A stretch of 64,000 nucleotides of DNA, taken from the NCBI GenBank assembly GCA_004764695.1, contig SMSO01000032.1, forward strand, positions 4,806,483-4,870,482. The letters are read 5' to 3'. Below, piece by piece: positions 1-10,823 of this stretch. Numbering within the stretch: position 1 is the first letter of the stretch; each line of letters starts with the position of its first letter. The notes beneath the pieces are model-generated. The model saw only the letters and a program-made list of their open reading frames with translations, made no database searches and was not told where the DNA came from. Both the position numbers and the translations under genes were made by a program. The stretch comes from Schizochytrium sp. TIO01. Lineage: Eukaryota; Protista; Bigyra: Labyrinthulomycetes.

Positions 1-1017
1 GCAGTACTGTTTTTGGATCCTGCTTCTTTTTAATTATCTAGTCTCTCAGACACTCTGTTCGGGAATAGTCAAATGCCTTGTCACCTAACATTTACCTCAT
101 TCAAATTAACCATGCAGTAGCAGAAGCGCTGTTATGTTTTTATTCTAGTAGTCCATCTCTATTTAGCTGTAATTTGGATAGCCTCAGCTGGTATTACTTG
201 CAACTGTTAATCTTCCATAAAAAAGGTTTACATGATGTCATTCATTTTTTTGCTGTCTTGCAGATGAAAGTTATGCCATTCATATTCTAATTTATTTTTG
301 TTCTATTTGTCATCTCTGTCCCCGTGCTCTGTACTACTCAAGACGAAACTTAATGTTTTTGTGCATTTTCCTCCTGTAAAGGTTGACCTGAAAAAGGTAG
401 AATAAGCTAGCCAGCGACCTAAGTATGGACTCAAACTCAACTACCTAACCGGCGTTCCATAAGTTCGACCAAACCCTATAGTCCCACAGTACCTCACTTT
501 AGTCCTTACCGATATACCCTATGGTTTACAATATATGAGGCGCCTAATGATAAACGGTCTTTAAATTGCGCGTTGCGCTGCGTCCGTGCTTTAAATTCAC
601 TAGTAGTGATTAAATACTTCCTAACAGTAAGAGGCCTATCTCGCGACAGCTCAAGGCCACAAGAACCTCTCGTTATAAGCTCGTTAGTTGGTTCGTTAGT
701 GCGATGGTTGAATTGGTTGTTAGTTAAGCAGCCTTCGGTTTAAGAGTTTAGGATGAAGTACACGAAAGCGATGAAGGTCGGCGCATGTAAGCGAGGTGAG
801 GTAGCGTGGCCTATGGACATAAAATGCAGGATTGATACATCTTTACGGCCTAGTGATGAGATGTGTAATAAACTCCCTCCGAATGAATTCATAAAATTGA
901 TGAATTTAATCGAAATGACAGAATTCTATGGAAATGAAATGCGACGAGATGAACTGGATCATGAATATATGTTAACGAGGCAAAACAAAGCGAGGAGCTT
1001 CTACTAAATATAATGCG

Positions 1018-1050
<33 letters not shown>
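1018..1050. repeat. (GCTT)n microsatellite
   Basis: About 8 tandem GCTT units read directly. Confidence 0.95.
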
Positions 1051-1051
<1 letters not shown>

Positions 1052-1712
1052 TGCTCACCTTCCATTCGTCACCAGCAAACCCAACCGTTGTGTTCTAGCT
1101 TTAGTAAAGCTCTCTATGCATGAAACTATCTTCCTCTCGCAAGAACATCATCCTGATTGATCTTCAAGTTTGACATCTGCCCTTGTGAATTTTAATTTCA
1201 TAATGTTAAATTAGCCATGTATCATTCTGTACGTAGGTTGGTACTTCTTGCCATCAATTATTTTCGATTCACATGAAGCTCGTATCAAGAAACCCCTCCT
1301 TCCACGCTAATCTCCACTAACCCCTTATACCGTCTAAAGGCGGTTTATCCAAGTGAGTTAAACCCGCGCGTAAGTGAGTTATAGCTGACCTACAATAGGC
1401 TATTTGGGTCGTACACAGTAGAGCAAAGAAGAGCAGCGAAGGAGGAGAAGAAAGCCTCTCGTTTCCTCTCCTTGTTGTTGATTGTTGCTTGTTTGGCGCG
1501 AGAGGAGCTTGTGCGGCTCTGCGCATCCAACTTTCTATTCTCCGCGAGGAAGCACAGGGTCGGTGGGACTGAGGTTGTTCTTCCGCGTCTTCCAGCGTCG
1601 CCTCTGCTGAGTTGTGTGGGTGGCTTTGCGTGGAGTTTTAGTTGCTGGAGAGCAGCGGGTTTGATCGCAGAGCGAGATCGATTGACAGGGAGATCTAATT
1701 TGACGAAGAAGG

Positions 1713-2636
1713 ATGGCAGAGCAAAGCGCGATGGAGGTCTCTACGGAGTCTGGCGCGTTCAAGATGGTGGAGACTTCCCGACAGGTCGTGAAGATGCACC
1801 CCGTGGTGCTCTTCGCTATCCTCGACCACTTCATTCACCGCAATGAGGGCCAGCAGCGTGTCATCGGTACGCTCCTGGGTAACAAGACGGCAACCGGCCA
1901 GTTCGTGGTGAAGAACTGCTTCCCTGTGCCCCATGTAGAGCAGGGTGATGAGGAGGTCGCCGTGGGCAAGGACTACTTGCAGCAGATGCTTGAGCTGCAC
2001 AGGTCAGTGAACTCCGGCGAGGAGGTGCTGGGATGGTACGCCACCACCCCTGGCCAGGGTGTTCTCATTAACCAGCAAAGCTGCCTTATCCAGGACTTTT
2101 ACAGCGCCGAATGTGGCGACCCTCTGCACATTGTGGTAGACACCAGCCTCGCAAACAACGTCTTGGGCGTGAAGGCCTTCATGAGTGAGACCGTCAAGCT
2201 CGGTGAGAGCGTCCTGGCAGCCTCGTTCGTGCAGCTCAAGGTTGAACTCCAGGCCTCTGAGAAGGAGCGTATTGGATTGGACTTGATGATCAAGGCCACC
2301 AAGAGCCGCTTTGACACTAGCCAGCAACTCCAGGACTCTAAGCAGATCAACACTGAGGTGGAGAACCTCGAACAGTCTATGAACCGCCTCCTTACCATGC
2401 TCGAGAACGTATCTGCCTACGTCGACGACGTTGTGGCCAAACGCAAGATTCCGGACTACCGTACTGGATCCAAGATTGCCTCTGTGATTTCTATGGTCCC
2501 GCGCATCGAACCTGCTGTCTTTGAAAAATCCTTCCGCAGCAACCTCCAGGACCTCCTCATGGTTGTTTACCTTTCCAACATGACCCGCACGCAGCTCGCT
2601 GTTGCCGAGCGCATCTCCAAGAGCACTATGCATTAG
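1713..2636 (+). CDS. EIF3F: Eukaryotic translation initiation factor 3 subunit F (non-catalytic MPN domain)
   Basis: 307 aa. MPN motifs VKMHPVVLFAILDH, RVIGTLLG, NCFPVPH and GWYAT; C-terminal NLQDLLMVVYLSNMTRTQL typical of eIF3f; strong C-ending codon bias. Confidence 0.92.
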   Translation: MAEQSAMEVSTESGAFKMVETSRQVVKMHPVVLFAILDHFIHRNEGQQRVIGTLLGNKTATGQFVVKNCFPVPHVEQGDEEVAVGKDYLQQMLELHRSVNSGEEVLGWYATTPGQGVLINQQSCLIQDFYSAECGDPLHIVVDTSLANNVLGVKAFMSETVKLGESVLAASFVQLKVELQASEKERIGLDLMIKATKSRFDTSQQLQDSKQINTEVENLEQSMNRLLTMLENVSAYVDDVVAKRKIPDYRTGSKIASVISMVPRIEPAVFEKSFRSNLQDLLMVVYLSNMTRTQLAVAERISKSTMH

Positions 2637-3595
2637 ATTGCTATATTCATTAGTATGTACTGGGACCTGGTTTCCTCCTGCTTTTACCCTTTTCGTTCCT
2701 TAACTTTGATTGCTTTCCCTATCTCATCAATCCTTGAAATTCCACTTGCAAAGAATTTAAAACAAAACCAAAACGCTTGCCCTACGCATCTGTTCTTTGT
2801 CTATAAAGTCTTGCTTTTTAAAATGTTTCCTAACATTTTTGCAGATGACTATGCGACGGCGGATTCTAATTGAACTATTCTTCTATATCTTTATTTCTGT
2901 CTGAAACATATTTCGCAATGATAGTGATTATGTAAGGGTAGCACCCTTTCGAGGGTAGTTGAAACCGTTTGATTCTAGTAATTAAATCAAATATAGAAAC
3001 TTTTGCATTTATTGTTTTCATTGATTTATTTTCATTTAAGTTAGGTTTTCGAACCTTTCATTCGAGCCAACTAAGCCTTCATTGAAGTTTTTATGTTTTC
3101 TTCTTGGTGTTATTAGCTATGAAAAAGTTCTGTAAAGGCTGAACACCAGTGACACAACCAACCTGAAGTTATTTTTGCATTTACTATGCTTGGTTATTCT
3201 AATCTACATCCTCGTTCAATTCGAACTCTTAAATTATCAAGATAAACTATTATAAAGCAAGCATACAGGGAAGAATGGAGAAGAATAAAAATAGAAAATT
3301 ACATCACGTTGGCAAGATTGCAGACCTTTGAAGAAAACATGAACCTGAAAAGTTCAGCCATGGGCAAGATGTAGTAAACCATGTTATACATCATGGTGTT
3401 CTTGTTGAAAGCCATGCACTGATCAATGAAAGGTGGCTAAGTCGCTTGGCTACTCCTACCATTCTCAAAGCTTCACGAACCTAGCTTAATGCAGCCCTTT
3501 CATCGATACACTTCCGGCTACATCTTTTTTGTACTTGGGTGGGAACAGACAAACATAAATTACTCCCACAAAGTAGTAGTATGTATGTGCTGTGT

Positions 3596-4888
3596 TTAAT
3601 CACTCGACGATACTGACACAGGGAACGGTGACCCACGACCTGGTCGTGTAGACTGTTGCTGTGTTTGCAGCTGTGCACCGTTGCGAGGCATATGCTTTCG
3701 CCGCGACGCCTCCTTGCGCTCTTCAATGTCACGCTCTGCGTTATCGCTATCCATCTTTTTGCTGCCCCGAGCCATAGAACCTGAGACCATCGATACTTTG
3801 GCAAAGTCTGAGGCCCGGTCTTCATCCTGCTGCTTTGGGGACTCAGACTCATGATCATCTGTCTCAGGTCCAGATTCTGTTTCTTCGAACCCAGCAGAGT
3901 CCAAGTCTTCATCATCTTCATCGCCTTCGTCATCATCCTCAGTTGCGTTCACAACTGATTTGCCTCTTTGCAACGCGGTAGCTCCCCTACTTCGGAACTG
4001 TCGAGCTTTCCGTCGAGACTGAGATTCTTGCTCATCTGCATCCTCTTCCTCGGCCATCTTTGCAAGCTCAAGCTGATCTTGCTCGCCCATTATGTTTGCA
4101 ATTCCCTCTAATCCTTGCACTCGGGCCATCGTTTGAGCCGCAATTTGCAAGGCCTCCCGCAAAGTGTCGAGTTCATCTCTCTGCGCACGAAAACTCTGGT
4201 CAAGTCGCTTGTTTTTATCTGCCTCGCGCTTCTGGGCAAGATCGGCGCGCTTCGCCTTGAGCTTGAGTGCCTCAATCTTTTCATTAAGGGCGTGGACTTC
4301 TGCGCGTGTTCTTTCGTGGGCCTGCTCTGAGGAATACAATGCTGCGTTTACCATTCGTACAACACGCCACAGACGAAGCACGTTGAGCAAGCGTACAGAC
4401 GCAGCCCATGAAGCAGTGATGAGAACACCGTAGAACATTCCACTTACGAGAAAAATGTCGAGTGCGTAACCAAAATGAGCAAAGACCTCACTTTTAAAGG
4501 CTACGAGCATTAAACCCAGCTCGAGCACATACGCCAGCAACGCCATTCCAGAAAGATATTCCAAAATCTGAGAAAACGGATTTGTCCAGCCTCGAGCATC
4601 GGCGTACAGGACATAAAATGCAGCCAGAAAGTCTGAAACGATCAGCACCACAAACACAAGCTGAAGTTCCTGAGATTGTAGCATGAGCCCAAGCCTTTGC
4701 AAGAGAGTTTCTTTACTTTGGTCCTCGGATGCACGTTCAAGACTTGCTAGCTTCGGAGTTAGTCCTCCAGAGTTAGCCAAGCCAGTTTCGGCATTTTGCG
4801 GTTTTGAAGATTGGTCCATCTGCATCTTCTTGACAACTCCAACATTTACTGAAGCAGATGACAAATACGGAGAACTTGTAGGCTTCAT
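3596..4888 (-). CDS. Voltage-gated proton channel (Hv1-like voltage-sensor-only protein) with coiled-coil and acidic C-terminus
   Basis: Four hydrophobic segments. S1 LIVSDFL carries the selectivity Asp and S4 LRLWRVVRMVN has the RxWRxxR signature. No pore domain; heptad region follows. First ATG at 4888 (track start 4912 is TTG). Confidence 0.85.
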   Translation of the reverse strand: MKPTSSPYLSSASVNVGVVKKMQMDQSSKPQNAETGLANSGGLTPKLASLERASEDQSKETLLQRLGLMLQSQELQLVFVVLIVSDFLAAFYVLYADARGWTNPFSQILEYLSGMALLAYVLELGLMLVAFKSEVFAHFGYALDIFLVSGMFYGVLITASWAASVRLLNVLRLWRVVRMVNAALYSSEQAHERTRAEVHALNEKIEALKLKAKRADLAQKREADKNKRLDQSFRAQRDELDTLREALQIAAQTMARVQGLEGIANIMGEQDQLELAKMAEEEDADEQESQSRRKARQFRSRGATALQRGKSVVNATEDDDEGDEDDEDLDSAGFEETESGPETDDHESESPKQQDEDRASDFAKVSMVSGSMARGSKKMDSDNAERDIEERKEASRRKHMPRNGAQLQTQQQSTRPGRGSPFPVSVSSSD

Positions 4889-5953
4889 TCTGATGCTCGC
4901 TTTCTTTTCCAAAAATTTACAAATTTAACCCAAATATTTCTAAAACCTGCAGTAGAAGCAACTGCCCAGGCTCCTCAAGGTTCACGGGCAACGCCGATCA
5001 AACTTTACCTTACGTCGGGCTGCCTGCCTGTCTGCCTCCCTGTCAAGCCCAAAATAATGCGTCAACGGTCACCCAAGTTTGGCAATTAGTCAAAGCACAA
5101 CAACAGCCTCGCCGTAACCCAACGATGTTTGTCAAAGGCTAAACTCTCCCTCAAGACTTTGCCTATCGCAGGAACTTTACGGGAAAGACCCGTCTTGAGG
5201 ATGGTACAAGCAGTGCCTTGCTTACTTGCTTTGCTTTTCTGCATGCCGTTGTAGAAACCAAAAGAAAGCAGTCTATGGTCATATAGATAATCTTAGGCAT
5301 TTACTATGAACATAATAGTACTTTATAATGATAACATAAAGGAAAGATCTTCGTCCGTTCAAGTGGACTGCGCAACCCAGCGATCCGTTACATGTGAAGA
5401 CTAGAATGGGACTCTGTGAGGATATAAAATTGAGAACGCGGGGTGATAGGGAGCTGGATGCGGTATTTATGCACAACAAAATTTTGTTAAAAGAGTGTAA
5501 AAGACAGATATTAGAACTACCTGAGAGTCTTATCATGGTGCTGCAAGCTTTGGTACGGATTTACAATGCTGAATACATAATACGAAACAAGGTTGAGACT
5601 TCCAAGTTGTGGCTGAGAGACAAGGGCATAAATACTGTCGTTGCTGGTGTTAGTGAATAAGGTTTGTTGGGAACTACGAGCTGATGGACAACAGTCAGCG
5701 GATCATTGATCGTAGACAACATCCTTAGCTTTATTGTTTAGAAAGAAGAAATAAAAGCATTCGACCATTGGCTTTGGCTTTTGAAAAACATCACGAAGTG
5801 TCAGAGCCAAACGCACGAGGGTCCACGTGACTGTATACAATTCGATACAATAGCGCATGTGCCTTGTGATTTAAATTAAGTATCTCGAAAATTTAGAAAC
5901 GGATTGAGTTTGTGTCAGGCGAACAGGATTTCTGTGATCGTAACCTGATATAA

Positions 5954-8900
5954 ATGGCTAGTACGACTGGGAGGCGAAGTTTGACTTCGCTAGATGCTCT
6001 TCGTAGGCAGCAGAGTAGTCGGGCCACCAAGGGCAATCATATCACTCACACAAACGACTCAGGACAAGTTTCCTGGAGCGAGCGACTGGCAGGTCGTCGA
6101 ATTGATCAGGGGAAAACAGCCTTAGCTTCACGAGGTCGCACGCTAACAAAATCATGGCAGGAGACATCAGCAGATACAACGCAAATTCCTAGCATACAAG
6201 CTGCGAGCAATCAATCCAAAGCAGCATTATCATCTATTTCTACACCTGCGCCGCATCCTGAATTCGATGATGCTCTTTTTGAGGATGAGCGTAACCAGAA
6301 TTCATCTTTTCCAAGTGGTAAACCTCAGTTAATGCGACGGCCTACATTAAGTGAAGGCCTCCGACAAAGCTCTGCCGAGGTCCAACGCCTGCAAGATAAG
6401 CTTGACAAAGTACACCGTGAGATTTCTAGTAAAGACTCTCAACTTCTTCTGAAAGACGTAGATATTCGTAAACACAAAGAGGAAGTACAAAGATTGCGGG
6501 AGGCAGCGCAAGGGAAAACTCTTGCTCAGCAAAAATTAGGTGAGCTCGAGATTAGCTTTCAACGCACAGAACAAGAACTCAAGCGGGTACGAAATACTCT
6601 CAAGCTTACAACTAGCCAGCTGCAGCACACGCAATCTAGACTCGCACAACGCACCGCGGAGCTCGAAGAGCAAAAGGCTATCAATATGGAGGTTCAGCAA
6701 GTCTCGCTTGAAGATAGCAAAACCACTGCGACAGGGGTGGTAGCTGTAGAGTCAGCGACTAAAATCAGCAAGTCAAGCGAGTCTCTGGAAGCACCACTTA
6801 ATTCTCCTGATCGTGATGCCAGGGAAAAAATGCAACTAGATAAAGAATCCTCGAACAGCGATACCTCTGCAACAATATCGTCTTTACAAGCGAATCGTGT
6901 GACCTTGTCGAATTCAACCTCATCGGAGCAGCTCCAAGCAACGATAGACATTGAGAAGCGCAAAGCTGAAAATCTTCAAATAGAACTCGAAAACGTTCGT
7001 GAGAGGCTCCATTCTTCTGAAGAGAGCCATATTACATCACAAAAGCAAACAGAACTTCAAATTGAGGCATTGAAATCCCAAGTCAGGCAAAAAGAAGAAC
7101 AGCTGCGTCATGCTTTTCAATCTATCAAGCAGCAAGAACTCGCAAAGGATTCTGAGAAACAAGAACTGCGATATGAAAACGTCGGCTTCAGGCACGCTTA
7201 CAAGATCTCGAGGCACAACTTGACTCTCGACTTAAAGCTGTTGATATTGAGCGTTTACGAACGCAAGCTTCAGACAAGACAGTTGCCGAGCTTTCAGAGG
7301 AGCTAAGCAGAGCAAAAGCAGCTCAAGATCGCACACGGCGTGAGGTTGAAAGATTATCTCACTCTTTAAGCACAGAATGCGCAAAGACAACATCTCTATC
7401 CGAGCACCTCAATCGCGCACTTGAGGAGTCAAAAGAATGGGCGAAAAAGTATCAAGCTGTTGTCGAGCAGACTGGGTTAGCTGCTGACTTACAGTGCAGT
7501 CTTGAAAAAACAAAAAAATTACTTTTGGAGACGACTGAAAAGCTTGAAGCCTTAGAAAGCCATAATGAATCTACTCAAAAGTCCTTTCAAGCGGAACTCC
7601 AGATGACAAAGTCCAAGGCTTCAAAGGAAGCTCAGGAGTACCTAAAGCAATGCTCAGACCTTGAAGAAGACCTAAAGATTGTGAAAGAAAAGAATAAATT
7701 GCTTGAGCAAGAGTATCAAAACGCGATACAAGAAAGCAAAATGTTAAAAGTAGCTTTACAGGATGAAGAGTCTCAACACACAAATCTAAAACGGAGTTCA
7801 GTCCAGGAGCAGAAATCTCGAGAAATTGAGTATGAAGCGGAACGCGTTGCTCTTGCTGAGGAGCTAGCTCGCGTTAAAGAAACCAGCATGGCTACTCTCA
7901 AGGAGGTAAGAGCTGAAAATCGTGAGGAAGTCGAACGTGTTCGCCAACTTTCTCTTCGTCATCTCGAAGAGACAAAAGACAAAGCAGATCGCGTTGTTGC
8001 AGAGATAAAGAACGTGTCCTCACAGCAGCTTGAGCAGGCAAAGCGAGATGCTATGGTAAACCTGAAAGACGCTAAAGAAGCGTTTGCAGCAGAGCTTAAT
8101 CAAGTGGTAGCTAAATCTGCTCTAGAGCTTGCACAAGTCAAGTCTGATGCTGCAAAAGCACTCGAAATGTCAGAAAAGGAGTCTGCCCGAGCTCGGGAAG
8201 AGGATGCACAAAAATCTGCTAAAGCCATCGCAAGTTTACAGAGCGAGTTGAACGCGGAATTAACCCAAGCTCAAGCTCAAGCACGCGCTGCAGAGGCGGA
8301 AACCGCTTCTCTTCGCAAAGAACTTGAAAAAAGCTTAGAACACTTGAGAGCGGAGAGTCAGGAGACCATCGCTGCTTTGCAAGGACGCGCTGAGTCTTGG
8401 CGTGCAAAGGCGGAAAGAGCAGAAAGGTCTCTTGAACAAAAGGAACATGAAGTAAAGCTTGCACGAACCGACCTTGCGCGTCGCTCCTCCGAGATGGAGC
8501 GCCTTGCAGAGCTGCAAAAAATCATCGAACATCGCGCTGAAGATGAAGGAAAATTGAAGGAAGTTCTTGTTTCGGTACGGGAGCAAATGGATGCTCACAA
8601 AGCAATGCTAAATCTTCGATTATTACTTAAGTCTGCTGATGCGACAGATGCTGTGACACATCTTGAATTTGCTCGTGTCAAAGAGAAAAACCTTGAGCAA
8701 CAACTTCAGGTCCTTGTTTATAATATTACAGCTTGTGAGTCTCACATGATCCAGTGTGATCCTGCAGCGACGCAGAAGCAGCAAATTACACGGATGCGTC
8801 GACTGGAAAAGCTAGAAAGTCAACTAGATGAGTCAGCAAAGAATCGAAATGACTATCTGAACACTTCAAAAACAAATCGTGAACGGTTAACACAGCTTCT

Positions 8901-8985
8901 TCATCAAGCTGAGACCCGGCTGGGCAAGGCCCAAGTCGAAACTTTGGAAAAGCTGCCTTCGGATGTCCGAAAATTTTGGTCATGA
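5954..8985 (+). CDS. Large coiled-coil protein (~1010 aa) interrupted by a single -1 frameshift at ~7176-7179
   Basis: ORF 5954..7306 is E/Q/K-rich coiled coil up to ELRYE. The frame of ORF 7525..8985 is open from 7177 (KRRLQARLQDLEAQLDSRL...) and continues the heptad pattern. One extra A in GAAAAC joins them. Confidence 0.8.
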
Positions 8986-9293
8986 AATTAGAGCAAGTCT
9001 TGACCTACTTGCACTACTACCTACGCACCTACTATTATCATATAAATTAAGTTGTTATATTACTGTTCTTTCAAATCCTTTCGGATTTCACTCAAGTACT
9101 TCTATATCATCATCTCATTACGATCACTTATTGCCTCTTTTGCACCACATTCTTTCGTTCAAGGTAGTTAGTTGCCTCATTTCATACTTCTTTTTTCAAT
9201 ATCGCTGCTTAAGTAGGTAATAAGAGAATGACCGTCTGAGTTCATGAAAGCAGGAGGCAGAAGGCAAACCTCTAAAACACAGCGACAGAGACC

Positions 9294-9785
9294 ATGGAGA
9301 ACCATACAGGAGGCAATTCTAATGAATACAATCCAGCACAAGCAGCGACACGAGCTATACAAAGCCGTCTAGGTCCTTTGCAAGCGGAGTTAGATAGTGT
9401 CAACCAAAAGCAACTGGCCATCTTGCGGGATGCTTCGAACTGTCGAGCAGATCTCTCCCTCATTCAAGACTCAGAAGCGCACAAACAGCTCCGCGACGCA
9501 CTAGAACTTATTCCACAATACCGAGAACGTCTTGAGCTTCTTTCAGTTCGAATGCAAGCTGTTTCAAAAATGAGCAAGCAACTTCGGGTTCGTGCTGAAG
9601 CAGCAGCTCAGAAAAAACGCGAAGATCTTGCAAGAGACCATGAGCGCCTGCGCCAGGAAGCCCTTTTAGATGCTCAAACTCGAGTAGACGTTGAACATGG
9701 CTCGACAAAAAACACAGTGACACCTATTCGTGTTGCACAGAAAAAGACAGCTGATCGTCGACGACGCGTAGCTGATGTGCTGTAG
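9294..9785 (+). CDS. BLOC-1 subunit, Snapin/Pallidin family (pallidin/BLOC1S6-like)
   Basis: 163 aa helical protein. LDSVNQKQLAIL...IPQYRERLELLSVRMQAVSKMSKQLRVRAE...KKREDLARDHER resembles the pallidin Y..KL..I...M.......KLKKRA pattern plus its charged tail. Confidence 0.6.
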   Translation: MENHTGGNSNEYNPAQAATRAIQSRLGPLQAELDSVNQKQLAILRDASNCRADLSLIQDSEAHKQLRDALELIPQYRERLELLSVRMQAVSKMSKQLRVRAEAAAQKKREDLARDHERLRQEALLDAQTRVDVEHGSTKNTVTPIRVAQKKTADRRRRVADVL

Positions 9786-10823
9786 AGTCCATGAGGTCTC
9801 CCTATTTTTTTTATTTACAGAGACATTAGCATCATTTAGATGTGAGGGTGCTTTGCCAAGATGTGGCCCAACGATTAGATGCTCCACTCGATATCGAAGA
9901 TTTTTCAGTAATTTGTAGAACTAGATGGACCAAGATTGTAATTCAACTTAGCACACAGTAAAATGCTGGAAAGGCTGCATGGCATGAGCTAGCTTCAACT
10001 CTGCTGATGATAATTATGCATCTGTACGCGCTGGCTAGCAATTCTTTCATTCTTTTTATTCCAAGCCAGCGTAGCCCGAAATTTGTACAAGGAGTACACG
10101 AAGCAAAAATGCTTACCGTAGTAAAGCCTGACAACAAACCATCGCATCAAGTTTCTGGGATTGAGGAGAGGATATATTTGTAACAAACTGACTATAGGCT
10201 CGTAAATGCAATCCATTCTTGACAACTCTTCAGATTTACTTTTGTGCATTGGATCTCAGCGGGAATCGTACTCTACTCTCCAATAAACGTGCCAACGGAA
10301 AGAAAAAAAAAAAAGGTATTTAGTAACAAAAACAGATTCACAAATTTTACAATGGAATTGACGTTCTGTAGATAAAGTTCTCTTGTGCTACGTTCTTTAA
10401 CAACGGAAATTAAAATTAAGAGCATGTTCGTCGTCGGTGCTGCAATATCATCGTATCGTCGAAGTGTTAATGCTTCTGTGGCTTCGTCAAAATAGACCAG
10501 TTTATATTCTGAGATGATTTCCTCTTTTCAAGGGAGAGGTGCCCTGCACAGAAACCATGATGCTTGAATTTCAAAAACAATGCTAAAAACATGGCAGAGC
10601 AACACATTACACCTTTATTTCTTAATGTCATGCTGGAGCAGTGCACAAATACCGAAATGCAACTAGAGGCCAACTCATCCCAGGCTCGGTTCCTTGCGCA
10701 CAATGTAGCACCAAAGCAAGGAGATTCACCATGTCTATTTAAGAAAAGAAAAAGGAACTTGTCTAGGGAGGCCATACGAGTGGATGACACAGACCTACCG
10801 TAGCAAGGTTGTACATCACGACT

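Noticed and set aside
361-830. The complement-only (unreversed) reading looks protein-like, suggesting reversed sequence
   Set aside because: It contains stops and has no recognisable product. TpA-rich composition explains it, and similar patches occur at other promoters.
753-1007. 84-aa ATG ORF
   Set aside because: Short, no motifs, and overlaps promoter-like DNA with atypical composition.
2004-2633. 209-aa antisense ORF over eIF3f
   Set aside because: Shadow ORF from codon bias of a highly expressed gene.
5394-5660. 88-aa ORF between divergent genes
   Set aside because: No recognisable motif; cannot be distinguished from chance.
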